Both the position numbers and the translations under genes were made by a program. Source: Candidatus Nanoarchaeia archaeon (lineage in GTDB: Archaea; Nanobdellota; Nanobdellia; Woesearchaeales; JACQNA01). From it: a stretch of 41,081 nucleotides of DNA. The DNA is taken from assembly GCA_035289865.1 (NCBI GenBank), contig DATDVW010000079.1, forward strand, positions 1 through 41,081. The letters run 5' to 3'. Below the pieces are notes generated by a model. The model made no database searches and was not told where the DNA came from. It saw only the letters and a list, made by a program, of their open reading frames with translations. Positions 32,638 to 41,081 of this stretch are shown piece by piece (positions within the stretch are counted from its first letter, which is position 1; each line of letters starts with the position of its first letter).

Positions 32638-33774
32638 ATGACTGAGTATATGGCCCATAACGAATATGCCCGTATCAAGGAGATTATAACAAAATACCAT
32701 CTTCAGCCAACTACGCAGAGGAACCTTCCCCTGCTTACCCTGAGCATCATCACCATGGGGTATACCATTCATCTCAAACGGAGATTGGGCTATTCTTACG
32801 AAGCGCTTGTATTTATCGGCAGAGAAAATTGGTTCCATTCGATGATGGGCGAGGAAATCCTGAATAACAAGACAAGGGCGTATCTGAAGAAGAAGCGGGG
32901 CATTGATGCGCTGCTTGCCTCCCTGATTACGGAGTTTAAGAAAGCGAGAAAGGGCATACTCCTCGTAAAAAAGATACAGGACAAAAAGCAGGCTATTCTG
33001 GAGATCCTGGAAAATTATCTCCTGTATATGGCAGTGATCAGCGTGTATAACTGCTTCTGGAGATATATCGGCAACAGGGAGCATGACCAGTTTATTTCTG
33101 ACAGGATCATACAAAGAATTTCGCATGAGAGAGTCCTGGTGGCGAAATTTTACCCAAAAATTGAGGAGATTATCCGCGCTGTGGTTATTGCCATCGGCAA
33201 ATCCAGCGGTTTTGACGGAACATTGCTGCAGTATTTGTCTTATCTTGAGTTTGGAGGATGCCTGAGAAAAGGGATAAGTGAAGAGAAAATAAAAGAGCTA
33301 AAAAAGAGAAAGGAAAGGTATTTTTATGCATTTGTGGAAAAAAGCGGGAAAGAGTTGATAACAACGGACAAGGCAGTCATCAGCCGGCTCCAAAGGGAGT
33401 TTTATGACGTCAACGAAAAAATAACAGAGTTAAGGGGCTTCCCCGCCTATACAGGTTTTGTCGTTGGAAGGGTATTTAATATGACTACATCCCAAGGGCG
33501 GCCTTCAGGCGGCTATATCCTTGTTGCGCCGTCAACGCACCCGGATGATATCGGGCTGATAAAAGATGCCGCAGCCATCGTCACCGATGAGGGCGGCATC
33601 CTCAGCCATGCTTCAGTGATCTCACGGGAACTGAAGATACCGTGCGTCGTGGGCACGAAGGTGGCCACGAAGGTCCTGAAAGACGGCGACCTGGTCGAGG
33701 TTGATGCCCGCACCGGCAGGGTAACAAAACAGATGCATCCCCGCACTCCAGCAGGGAGACTCCGGAGTATTTGA
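32638..33774 (+). CDS. PEP-utilising-enzyme mobile (swivel phospho-His) domain protein with an unassigned helical N-terminal region
   Basis: C-terminal 'IVTDEGGILSHASVISRELKIPCVVGTKVATKVLKDGDLVEVDARTGRV' matches the PEPS/PPDK phosphohistidine domain. No ATP-grasp motifs recognised. Start is uncertain (TTG 32626, ATG 32638 or ATG 32650). Confidence 0.7.
   Translation: MTEYMAHNEYARIKEIITKYHLQPTTQRNLPLLTLSIITMGYTIHLKRRLGYSYEALVFIGRENWFHSMMGEEILNNKTRAYLKKKRGIDALLASLITEFKKARKGILLVKKIQDKKQAILEILENYLLYMAVISVYNCFWRYIGNREHDQFISDRIIQRISHERVLVAKFYPKIEEIIRAVVIAIGKSSGFDGTLLQYLSYLEFGGCLRKGISEEKIKELKKRKERYFYAFVEKSGKELITTDKAVISRLQREFYDVNEKITELRGFPAYTGFVVGRVFNMTTSQGRPSGGYILVAPSTHPDDIGLIKDAAAIVTDEGGILSHASVISRELKIPCVVGTKVATKVLKDGDLVEVDARTGRVTKQMHPRTPAGRLRSI
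33672..33729 (+). repeat. 58-bp direct repeat, copy 2
   Basis: See copy 1. Here it encodes the native end of the swivel domain. Confidence 0.95.
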
Positions 33775-33808
33775 GTGATATTCTTTCTTAGGTTTACGAA
33801 AGATCATG

Positions 33809-35224
33809 TTAAATATCAAAGTACAGGTGGTACTCCCAGGGGTGCGGCCGCAGGCGAACCGCGTCAATCTCATTCGCCCGCTTGTACGCGATCCACGTTT
33901 CAATCAGGTCCCTGGTGAAAACGCCGCCTTCCATCAGAAATGCGTGATCCTTTTCCAGGGCATCCATGGCTTCGCCGAGCGAAGAAGGGACGTTGAGGAT
34001 ATTCGCGGCCTCTTCCGGCTTCAGGCTGTACAGGTTCTTGTCCAGCGGGTCTCCGGGGTCCATCTTCTTCCTGATGCCGTCCAATCCCGCCATCAGCATG
34101 GCTGAAAATGCCAGATAGGGGTTGCAGGCGGGATCCGGGGTCCGGAATTCAATGCGCTTCGCTTTCTCGCTGGAAGAATACATGGGGATGCGCACGCATG
34201 CGCTCCGGTTCCGCTTGGAATAGACCAGGTTGACCGGGGCCTCATAGCCAGGAACGAGCCTCTTGTAGGAGTTGGTCGTCGGCGCAATAAATGCGCAAAG
34301 GGAGGGCGCATGCTTCAATAAGCCGCCGATATAGTATTTTGCCGCCTGGCTCAGCTGCGCATAGCCGCTGGCGTCAAAGAACAGGTTCCTGCCGTCTTTC
34401 CAGATGCTCTGGTGGACATGCATCCCTGATCCATTGTCGTTGAACAGCGGCTTCGGCATGAAGGTTGCTGTCTTGTTGTGCTTGTGCGCGGTGTTCTTCA
34501 CGATGTATTTGTAGAGCATAATCTGATCAGCCATCCTGGTCAATGGCCCGAAGCGCATGTCAATCTCACACTGGCCTGCGGTTGCAACCTCGTGATGGTG
34601 CGCCTCAATAGCGATGCCGCACCGGATCATCGTGCTCACTATCTCATTCCTGATGTTCTGCAGCGCGTCAAATGGCGGCACCGGGAAATAGCCTTCCTTA
34701 TGGCGGGGCTTGTAGCCCAGGTTCCCCCCGTTCTCTTCAGCGCCGGAATTCCAGATGCCGTTTTTGGCATCGATGTAATAAAAGCCAGAATGCTCGTTCT
34801 GCGCATAGCGGATGCTGTCGAAGATGAAGAATTCCGCTTCCGGGCCCCAATAGCTGACTGAGCCGATGCCGCTTTCCTTCAGGTATTTCTCTGCCTTCTG
34901 CGCCACAAATCTGGGGTCGCGGCTGTACATCTCTTGCGTCTCCGGGTCCTTCACATTGCACACCATGCTCAGGGAAGAGGTTGAGAACGGGTCTATCAGC
35001 GCCGTTGCCGGGTCAGGGAGCAGCAGCATATCGCTCTCATTAATGTCCTGGAAGCCGCGGATCGAAGAGCCGTCAAACCCCAGGCCATCGCTGAATGTGC
35101 TTTCCTCCAGCTCGGTGCTGGGGATGGTGAAGTGATGCCATAAGCCTGGCAAGTCAGTAAATTTGACATCCACGAACTTCAGGTCATGTGCCTTGATGAT
35201 GTCCAGGACCTCTCTCGGCGTCAT
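33809..35224 (-). CDS. glnA: Glutamine synthetase type I
   Basis: 'FDGSSIRGF', '[18 protein letters not shown]', '[12 protein letters not shown]', 'NRSACVRIP'. Confidence 0.95.
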   Translation of the reverse strand: MTPREVLDIIKAHDLKFVDVKFTDLPGLWHHFTIPSTELEESTFSDGLGFDGSSIRGFQDINESDMLLLPDPATALIDPFSTSSLSMVCNVKDPETQEMYSRDPRFVAQKAEKYLKESGIGSVSYWGPEAEFFIFDSIRYAQNEHSGFYYIDAKNGIWNSGAEENGGNLGYKPRHKEGYFPVPPFDALQNIRNEIVSTMIRCGIAIEAHHHEVATAGQCEIDMRFGPLTRMADQIMLYKYIVKNTAHKHNKTATFMPKPLFNDNGSGMHVHQSIWKDGRNLFFDASGYAQLSQAAKYYIGGLLKHAPSLCAFIAPTTNSYKRLVPGYEAPVNLVYSKRNRSACVRIPMYSSSEKAKRIEFRTPDPACNPYLAFSAMLMAGLDGIRKKMDPGDPLDKNLYSLKPEEAANILNVPSSLGEAMDALEKDHAFLMEGGVFTRDLIETWIAYKRANEIDAVRLRPHPWEYHLYFDI

Positions 35225-35640
35225 ACGGCCGGCCTCCCCGGCATAGAACGGCCTTCCATAGGCTTTTTCCTCTGTTTTTTAGATGCCTCTTCTGAAGCGC
35301 CGCCTATGGCACCGACCCCTTTTTCTCCGGTACGGATACGGATGACTTCTTCCAGGGGGAGCAAAAATATCTTTCCATCACCAATGGAACCTGTCCTGGC
35401 GCCCTTGATAATGGCATCCACGGTTGTTTTTACATAGCTGTCATTGACCGCAATCTCCAGGCGGATCTTCTTCAGCAGCCGCACCTCGTGGATGACCCCG
35501 CGGTACTCTTCGAGGTAGCCTTTCTGCTCGCCGCAGCCGATGCAGTTGGAAACAGTCATGCGGGACACTACTGCCCCCCACAGCGCTTTTTTCACATCAG
35601 GCAGCTTTTCCGGCCGTATGATGGCTATGATCAGCTTCAT
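35221..35640 (-). CDS. glnK: PII nitrogen regulatory protein (GlnK/GlnB) with C-terminal extension
   Basis: '[13 protein letters not shown]', T-loop '[14 protein letters not shown]', '[24 protein letters not shown]'. Start set at the internal ATG at 35640. The stop overlaps the glnA start (ATGA). Confidence 0.9.
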   Translation of the reverse strand: MKLIIAIIRPEKLPDVKKALWGAVVSRMTVSNCIGCGEQKGYLEEYRGVIHEVRLLKKIRLEIAVNDSYVKTTVDAIIKGARTGSIGDGKIFLLPLEEVIRIRTGEKGVGAIGGASEEASKKQRKKPMEGRSMPGRPAV

Positions 35641-35683
35641 GATCTCAGCTCCATTTTTTTCTTCCCATAAATTTTCAGCTATC

Positions 35684-36997
35684 TTATTCTGTAGTGAATA
35701 TCTCAAATCCGGCATACGCTTCGGCGTTGTGCTCTGCCAAATCCGCACCCTTGAGCTCGTCTTCCCGGCTGATCCGCAGCCCGATGAGCATGTCCAGCAC
35801 TTTGAAAAAAGCAAGCATGATCCCAAAAGTCCATACAAACACCGCCCCGATGCCGATGAGCTGGCTCAGCAGCTGTGCAGCGCCGCCGCCGAAAAACAGG
35901 CCATTGACGCCGCCGAAGGCTTCCTGCGCAAACAAGCCTACAGCCAGGGTACCCCATACCCCGCAGGTCATATGCGCCGATACCGCCCCTACTGGATCGT
36001 CCACCCGTATCTTATCAAAAAACTCAACCGACAGCACATAGAGGATGCCTGCAATAAGGCCGATAATGACCGCGCTCAACGGACTGACGTTCGCAGTACC
36101 TGCAGTTATACCTACCAGGCCGCCAATGGTCGCGCCCAAGGTCAATGAAACATCCGGTTTTTTGTAGCGGAGCCATGAGGTCAACATGCCGCCGACAGCT
36201 CCGGCAGAGGCCGCCAAGGTGGTGGTAACCGCGATGGTTGCAATGCTCCAATTGGTGCCCGCCAGCGTAGAGCCGGGATTAAAACCATACCACCCGAACC
36301 ACAGCAAAAATACGCCCAACGCAGCCAATGTGAGGGAATGCCCTTTGATGGGCTGGATTGTTTTGCCTACATATTTCCCGATCCTTGGGCCCAAAACGAT
36401 CGCCCCGGCCAAAGCAGACCAACCGCCGATGCTGTGCACTACCGTAGAACCCGCAAAATCAATGAACGGTGTTGGAAGCTTGGACAACCAGCCGCCGCCC
36501 CATATCCAATGGCCCGCAATGGGATAGACAAGCGCGGTGATGAAAATGGTGTAGAAGATGTATCCTTTAAATTTGATGCGCTCGGCAACCGCGCCGCTCA
36601 CGATGGTGGCAGCCGTAGCTGCGAAAACCACCTGGAACATCCAGAAGGCATATTGCCAGTAGTCTATCACTCCTCCCAAAAAGAAACCAGACATGCCGAT
36701 GAAAAGATTTCCCGTGCCAAACATAAACGCAAAGCCCACGGCCCAGTACATAATGGAGCCAAAGCAGAAATCAATCAGGTTTTTCATCATGATGTTGCCG
36801 GCGTTCTTTGCCCGCGTCAGCCCGGTTTCCAGCATGGCGAATCCGCCCTGCATGAGGAACACCAAAAACGCCGTCAAGAGCAGCCATACAAAATCAATGG
36901 ACTTGGCATTGTTTTCAGGGGTGGCATCGTAGCCGACGGCAACAGAAAGGGCCAGCAGAAACACGAGCATGAACACGAACGGCTTGCTTGCCTGCAT
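35684..36997 (-). CDS. amt: Ammonium transporter (Amt/MEP/Rh)
   Basis: '[15 protein letters not shown]', '[26 protein letters not shown]', '[19 protein letters not shown]'. Confidence 0.95.
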   Translation of the reverse strand: MQASKPFVFMLVFLLALSVAVGYDATPENNAKSIDFVWLLLTAFLVFLMQGGFAMLETGLTRAKNAGNIMMKNLIDFCFGSIMYWAVGFAFMFGTGNLFIGMSGFFLGGVIDYWQYAFWMFQVVFAATAATIVSGAVAERIKFKGYIFYTIFITALVYPIAGHWIWGGGWLSKLPTPFIDFAGSTVVHSIGGWSALAGAIVLGPRIGKYVGKTIQPIKGHSLTLAALGVFLLWFGWYGFNPGSTLAGTNWSIATIAVTTTLAASAGAVGGMLTSWLRYKKPDVSLTLGATIGGLVGITAGTANVSPLSAVIIGLIAGILYVLSVEFFDKIRVDDPVGAVSAHMTCGVWGTLAVGLFAQEAFGGVNGLFFGGGAAQLLSQLIGIGAVFVWTFGIMLAFFKVLDMLIGLRISREDELKGADLAEHNAEAYAGFEIFTTE

Positions 36998-37020
36998 GCC
37001 TTTGTAATATTTTTAGCTTA

Positions 37021-37028
37021 TTTATATA
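37021..37028 (-). promoter_or_regulatory. TATA box (TATATAAA on minus strand) for amt-glnK-glnA
   Basis: About 25-30 nt from the ATG at 36997. Confidence 0.5.
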
Positions 37029-37133
37029 TCTTTTCCCGTTTTTCATGACACTTCATTTCATTTTTTTAGTAAAATTTAAATACTTGTTTAATTTTCAATA
37101 GGGAAATGAGGTAAAAAGTAAACGGGCAATCCC

Positions 37134-37574
37134 ATGGATCTCGACGCTGTTGATCGCCACATCCTGAATGCGCTATTGGAGAATGCACGGCTGTCCTACC
37201 GGCAGATCGCCAAAAAAGCCAATGTTTCGGCAGCTACGGTGATGCACCACATCAAGGCGCTGGAAAAGGATGTCATTAAGAAATACACCGTCCTTCTGGA
37301 CTACGAGCAGATGGGGTACGGCATCGAGGTCATCTTTGAGGTGCGCATCTCCAAGGGCAAACTGTTCGAGGTGGAGCAGAAGATCGCGCATCATCCCAAT
37401 GTGATTGCGGTGTATGACATCACCGGGGATTTTGACTCGGTCATCATCGCGCGCTTTCCCAACCGGAGGAAGATGGATGAGTTCCTCAAGAAGATGCAAA
37501 CATATTCTTTTGTGGAAAGGACATATACAAAAGTCATCCTGAATACCATCAAGGAAGCGCCGATGAGCGTATAG
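37134..37574 (+). CDS. Lrp/AsnC-family transcriptional regulator
   Basis: 'DRHILNALLENARLSYRQIAKKANVSAATVMHHIKALEKD' HTH plus a RAM-like domain 'VYDITGDFDSVIIARF'. Confidence 0.9.
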   Translation: MDLDAVDRHILNALLENARLSYRQIAKKANVSAATVMHHIKALEKDVIKKYTVLLDYEQMGYGIEVIFEVRISKGKLFEVEQKIAHHPNVIAVYDITGDFDSVIIARFPNRRKMDEFLKKMQTYSFVERTYTKVILNTIKEAPMSV

Positions 37575-37662
37575 CTGCTGGGCAGGAGATAGGTGCGTGA
37601 GATGTGCACATCGTTTTTATCCGTATTGCCCGGAACAGATTTTTTCCTGCAAACCACTATCT

Positions 37663-37670
37663 TTTTATAA
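37663..37670 (+). promoter_or_regulatory. TATA-like box TTTTATAA
   Basis: About 23 nt upstream of the ATG at 37686. Confidence 0.45.
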
Positions 37671-37685
37671 TCAGCCTTCTAAGGC

Positions 37686-38096
37686 ATGGCTATGGAAAAA
37701 AGAGGGCAGAGGAACCATCACCCGGTGCTGCACCGGCAGCTGCGCTTCCACCAGCGGGCTGCGAACATGCTCACCAAGTATGTCGGCAGCTGGACGTTCA
37801 TCTTTGTCGTCCTCCTGCTGATCGCCGCCTGGATAACCACCAATGCCTATCTGCTGGTCACCGGATGGGACCATTATCCCTTCATCCTGCTGAACTTCAT
37901 CCTCTCCTGCCTTGCCGCGCTGCAGGCGCCGATTATCCTGATGAGCCAGAACCGGGCTGCTGAGCAGGATCGGCTGATGGCAAAATATGACTATCAGGTG
38001 AACCGGAAGGCGGAGCGGGAGATTGCTGAGCTGCGGAAGGATATGAACATTATTAAGAGTATTCTGAAGAAAAATATATTAAAGGGCCGTCATTAA
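37686..38096 (+). CDS. DUF1003-family membrane protein
   Basis: Two TM helices with 'WDHYPFILLNFILSCLAALQAPIILMSQNR' followed by a coiled C-terminal region. Confidence 0.6.
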   Translation: MAMEKRGQRNHHPVLHRQLRFHQRAANMLTKYVGSWTFIFVVLLLIAAWITTNAYLLVTGWDHYPFILLNFILSCLAALQAPIILMSQNRAAEQDRLMAKYDYQVNRKAEREIAELRKDMNIIKSILKKNILKGRH

Positions 38097-38803
38097 TTTT
38101 TCGCCGCTCTCCAGATAAGCTTAAAATATGACCGATAGCTTTGCGCAATCTTTCTGCTGGTTATGACTGTTGCAAGGGGGGTATCGGACCACATAATGAT
38201 GGCTACTTTATCCCCGTAGATCCATGTTGTTGAAGGAGTTGCATAGGCGTCTGGAATAAAACGGAATCTCGCCCGAGCAGAGGTCACAATCTCTTTATCC
38301 CGGAGATGTTCAGGCATAAGCACCAACGAGAGTATCTTCTTTTCACATTTGCGCTCCTGAAACCATCTAAAATCATGCTGCATAACTTCAAGAAACTCAC
38401 CCATAGAACCGAATGAAAAATACTCTTTGTACGTTAAGATATCCTGCATGATTGAACGAATGCCTTTTTTACCCTTGAATACTACCGAATCTTCTTCTTT
38501 TGTTTCAGCATAGATTTGTTCTAATGCGGGGAGCATCTTCTGCACGGCGCGCTCTTGTTCACGGATGTTCTCTACAATTTTCCTCGGTGCCGCTGGTTTG
38601 AAGATTTTCCTGTTTGCTTCAATAGCATAAGTCACCAGCCCTTTTTCCAGCAGCCGTTCAAGCACATCGTAAGTCGTGGTGCGATTTATCTGTGTTTTTT
38701 TGCTAATAGTGCCTGCACGCGCTTGCCCAAGCCCAAGGAGGATAAAATAGATTCTCGCTTCTGCACGGTTTAACCCGGCTTTTTGCAACTGCTCAAATTC
38801 CAT
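38093..38803 (-). CDS. TrmB-family transcriptional regulator (paralog B)
   Basis: 'AGLNRAEARIYFILLGLGQARAGTISKKTQINRTTTYDVLERLLEKGLV'. Collinear with paralog A through to the 'SYRSYFKLIWRAAK' end. Confidence 0.8.
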   Translation of the reverse strand: MEFEQLQKAGLNRAEARIYFILLGLGQARAGTISKKTQINRTTTYDVLERLLEKGLVTYAIEANRKIFKPAAPRKIVENIREQERAVQKMLPALEQIYAETKEEDSVVFKGKKGIRSIMQDILTYKEYFSFGSMGEFLEVMQHDFRWFQERKCEKKILSLVLMPEHLRDKEIVTSARARFRFIPDAYATPSTTWIYGDKVAIIMWSDTPLATVITSRKIAQSYRSYFKLIWRAAKN

Positions 38804-38824
38804 TGTATCTTACCAATATAGCAC

Positions 38825-38833
38825 ATATAAAAA
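38825..38833 (-). promoter_or_regulatory. TATA box (TTTTTATAT on minus strand) for trmB-B
   Basis: About 26 nt from the ATG at 38803. Confidence 0.5.
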
Positions 38834-38842
38834 TATTACTAA

Positions 38843-38868
38843 TTTGTTGTAAGTTTACTCACAACAAA
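38843..38868. promoter_or_regulatory. Candidate operator: perfect inverted repeat TTTGTTGT-N10-ACAACAAA
   Basis: 8-bp perfect arms lie between the two divergent TATA boxes. An extra TTGTAGTA half-site sits at 38892-38899. Confidence 0.45.
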
Positions 38869-38870
38869 CA

Positions 38871-38878
38871 TTTATAAT
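38871..38878 (+). promoter_or_regulatory. TATA box TTTATAAT for the ABC transporter operon
   Basis: Directly abuts the inverted repeat. The ATG at 38947 is about 70 nt downstream, with a GGAAGGT SD-like element at 38925-38931. Confidence 0.4.
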
Positions 38879-38946
38879 GTTCTGCTTTACTTTGTAGTAG
38901 TAATAATTGAGGCAAGAGAAAACGGAAGGTAAAATAGTAAAACAAT

Positions 38947-39897
38947 ATGAAAAACGCTAAACTATTTATCACGATTTTAATTATTGCACTAGTTGTTGGA
39001 GCTTTCTTTGTATTCTTTCCAAAACAAGAAGAACAGAAAGTTGTTAGAATAGGGTATTTACCGATTACTGCTTCATTGCCCCTATTTGTAGCACAAGAAA
39101 ATGGCTACTTTTTGGAAGAAGGATTAAATGTAGAGTTGGTTAAAGCTGAAACAAGCAATATAATTATGGAGTCTCTGGTTTCGGGTAAGTTAGACCTAAC
39201 TTCTTCTGTGGCATACTCGACGTTATTCCCAATAGAATCTACTGATCCTGGAAATTTTATAATCTTCAGCGGGGTTAGTGAAACGGGAGATACATTTGCA
39301 AACTTCCTTCTTGTTAAACGAGATTCAGATATTCGATCAATCTTGGACCTAAAAGGTAAAAGGATTGTAACGCGCTCTGGGGCAGCAATGAAAACCTATA
39401 CTTCTTTGGTTCTGGAAAAATTTGGTCTAACTCTATCTGACGTTGTATTACAGCAGGTAAGTCCCTCTCTTCTCATATCAACATTCAATTCTCCGGAAGT
39501 GGATGCCATTTATGATGTTGAGCCTGCAATGACCATAATTTTGGAAAGTGGAAACGGGAAGATTCTAGAGGAAAATCCAAGAGTAAAATACGTCTTAAAT
39601 CCATTTCCCGTTGCTGGATCAGTTTTTTCCGCTAAATTTGTGGAAAATAATCCATCTACAGCTGAAAAAATAGCCAAAATAACTGATAAGGCTATTGATT
39701 ATATAAATCAAAATCCTGAGGAAGCTAAACAAATATTGACAAAGTATACTCCGCTAACTTCAGATATCGCTTCAAAAACACGACTCTATAAATTTGATAA
39801 GCTTGCTGAGATTGATAAAGAATCTGTACAAAAGCTAACCGATATTGAGAATCCTAATAATGAAATAACTGTCTCAAGGTTGTTCTATAATCCCTAG
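38947..39897 (+). CDS. ABC transporter substrate-binding protein, NitT/TauT (NMT1/SsuA-like) family, membrane-anchored
   Basis: N-terminal TM anchor, then 'VRIGYLPITASLPLFVAQENGYFLEEGLNVEL'. Confidence 0.8.
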   Translation: MKNAKLFITILIIALVVGAFFVFFPKQEEQKVVRIGYLPITASLPLFVAQENGYFLEEGLNVELVKAETSNIIMESLVSGKLDLTSSVAYSTLFPIESTDPGNFIIFSGVSETGDTFANFLLVKRDSDIRSILDLKGKRIVTRSGAAMKTYTSLVLEKFGLTLSDVVLQQVSPSLLISTFNSPEVDAIYDVEPAMTIILESGNGKILEENPRVKYVLNPFPVAGSVFSAKFVENNPSTAEKIAKITDKAIDYINQNPEEAKQILTKYTPLTSDIASKTRLYKFDKLAEIDKESVQKLTDIENPNNEITVSRLFYNP

Positions 39898-39908
39898 AGG
39901 GACCCAAA

Positions 39909-40676
39909 ATGGCTATGATAGAAGTAGAAAACTTGTTTAAGGAATTTCCTCAGCCAAAGAATAAAATCAAGACATTGAAAGTTCTGGACGACATCTCTTT
40001 TCAGGTTAAGGATGGAGAATTTGTCGCGTTTTTTGGTCCAAATGGTTGTGGAAAAACGATCATGCTTAATATTCTCTCGGGAATTGACAAAGCGACTTCT
40101 GGAAAAATCTTCATCAATAAAAAAAATCCAGAAAAGAGCAAGATAGGTTTTGTTTTTCAGAACTACAATGAGAGTATGCTTCCTTGGCGGACGATCGCAG
40201 GGAATATAGAATTGGCTTTAGAAATTCAAGGAACAGACGAAAATAAGAAAAAGCAAATAGTTGAACATTTGCTAAAGAAAGTTGGCTTGTTTGAGCATAA
40301 AGATAGATATTTTTATGAGCTTTCGGAAGGGATGAAACAATTAACTGCTATTTGTAGGGCTTTTGCTTATGAACCAGAATTATTGCTTATGGACGAGCCG
40401 TTTAGCTCTTTAGATTATTCCACTTCAAGAAAAATGGGTTTAGAATTGCTTAATATCTGGAAAGAAACAAAAAAGACAACACTTTTCGTGAGCCATGACA
40501 TTGACGAAGCTATATTTTTGGCAGATAAGGTTATTGTCCTTTCTCAAAGACCTGCAAAGATTAAAGGCGTTGTTGAGGTTAAGCTTCCAAGACCAAGAAA
40601 ATTAGATGTTTTATCAAGCAAATATTTTTTTGAGACAAGAAATAAAATATTGAGGTTATTCGAGTATGAAAAATAA
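39909..40676 (+). CDS. ABC transporter ATP-binding protein (NitT/TauT family)
   Basis: Walker A 'GPNGCGKT', signature 'LSEGMKQ', Walker B 'LLLMDEPFSSLD', H-loop 'FVSHD'. Confidence 0.9.
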   Translation: MAMIEVENLFKEFPQPKNKIKTLKVLDDISFQVKDGEFVAFFGPNGCGKTIMLNILSGIDKATSGKIFINKKNPEKSKIGFVFQNYNESMLPWRTIAGNIELALEIQGTDENKKKQIVEHLLKKVGLFEHKDRYFYELSEGMKQLTAICRAFAYEPELLLMDEPFSSLDYSTSRKMGLELLNIWKETKKTTLFVSHDIDEAIFLADKVIVLSQRPAKIKGVVEVKLPRPRKLDVLSSKYFFETRNKILRLFEYEK

Positions 40677-41081
40677 AAAATTCTATTACATGATTGTTCC
40701 GCTCATAATTTTGGTAGTTTGGGCAATTTTCTCTAATCTAAAATTTATTAGCCCTTTATTTTTGCCCGCTCCTCGGGCTGTATTTTTAGAGATCATTAAG
40801 CTTTTTGCTTCTGGAGTGATACTTCCAGATATATTTTATACTCTTTACCGAGCATTTTTAGGTTTTATTATTGCGTGTTTAATTGGTATTCCTCTTGGTC
40901 TACTTATGGGCTATTCAGACAGAATTTATTATTCTTTGGAATTTGTTGTTGAATTTTTCAGAAGCATTCCAGCAACAGCCCTTTTCCCGCTCTTTTTGCT
41001 GTCCTTTGGAATAGGCGACCAGTCAAAAATAGCTTTAACTGCTTGGGCGGCAGGACTTATTTTAATAATAAATGCTATGTA
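40666..41081 (+). CDS. ABC transporter permease (SsuC/TauC-like), 3'-truncated by window end
   Basis: Own translation from the ATG at 40666: 'MKNKKFYYMIVPLIILVVW...FFRSIPATALFPLFLLSFGIGDQSKIAL'. Overlaps the ATPase stop by 11 nt. Not in the ORF track because no stop is reached. Confidence 0.8.
   Translation, partial: MKNKKFYYMIVPLIILVVWAIFSNLKFISPLFLPAPRAVFLEIIKLFASGVILPDIFYTLYRAFLGFIIACLIGIPLGLLMGYSDRIYYSLEFVVEFFRSIPATALFPLFLLSFGIGDQSKIALTAWAAGLILIINAM

Noticed and set aside
32358-33729. The 58-bp repeat pair as a diversity-generating-retroelement TR/VR pair (the single mismatch is A vs G)
   Set aside because: There is no reverse transcriptase or accessory gene in the window. There is only one mismatch, and it is synonymous. 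The repeat is much shorter than typical TR/VR pairs. The pattern is better explained by duplication or gene conversion.
32358-33729. The repeat pair as attL/attR of an integrated element
   Set aside because: No integrase, recombinase or tRNA target is present. The bracketed DNA contains only a promoter, a structured element and most of one gene.
35641-35838. N-terminal 66-aa extension of the PII ORF
   Set aside because: Canonical PII starts at '[10 protein letters not shown]' (ATG at 35640). The extension overlaps the amt 3' end and has no PII homology.
1-41081. CRISPR arrays, IS elements/transposases, integrases, toxin-antitoxin or restriction-modification/defence genes, rRNA/tRNA genes
   Set aside because: I looked for regularly spaced direct repeats and for the signature motifs of these families in all listed ORFs. 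None were found.

Overview
This 41-kb window reads as an archaeal chromosome segment. Evidence: TATA-like A/T octamers (TTTATATA, TTTATAAA, TTTAAAAA) sit about 23-30 nt upstream of the ATG of operon-leading genes with no Shine-Dalgarno, so transcripts look leaderless. There are two TrmB-family regulators, one Lrp/AsnC regulator and an AglH/WecA-type GlcNAc-1-P transferase. About 75% of the window (186-30136) is a large lipid-carrier-linked glycan or cell-surface biosynthesis locus. It contains 2 GT4 and 2 GT2 glycosyltransferases, a GT-C-like polytopic protein, a flippase-like protein, a UDP-HexNAc dehydrogenase and a DegT aminotransferase. It also holds a FemAB-like transferase, a NodB deacetylase, an LbH acetyltransferase, a B12-radical-SAM enzyme, a SAM methyltransferase and UppP, with guaA embedded. 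The most unusual part is a tightly coupled nine-gene operon (186-8877). It joins an AsnB amidotransferase, a CDP-alcohol transferase and a DHQ-synthase-family cyclase next to a VOC protein. It continues with a class-I GAPDH-like dehydrogenase, a histidine phosphatase, a glycerate-kinase-family enzyme, an SDR and a nucleotidyltransferase. I cannot map this set onto any characterised pathway. The right part holds an AT-richer island (30158-33774) with TrmB, an LMW-PTP-like phosphatase, a P-loop kinase-like ORF and a PEP-utiliser swivel-His protein. This island carries a 58-bp near-perfect direct repeat and a GC-rich structured intergenic element. After it come an amt-glnK-glnA operon, Lrp/AsnC, DUF1003, and a second TrmB diverging from an AT-rich NitT/TauT-type ABC transporter, which is truncated at the window end. 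I saw no rRNA, tRNA, CRISPR array, transposase or integrase. All family calls come from motifs read by eye. No database search, folding or statistics were run.
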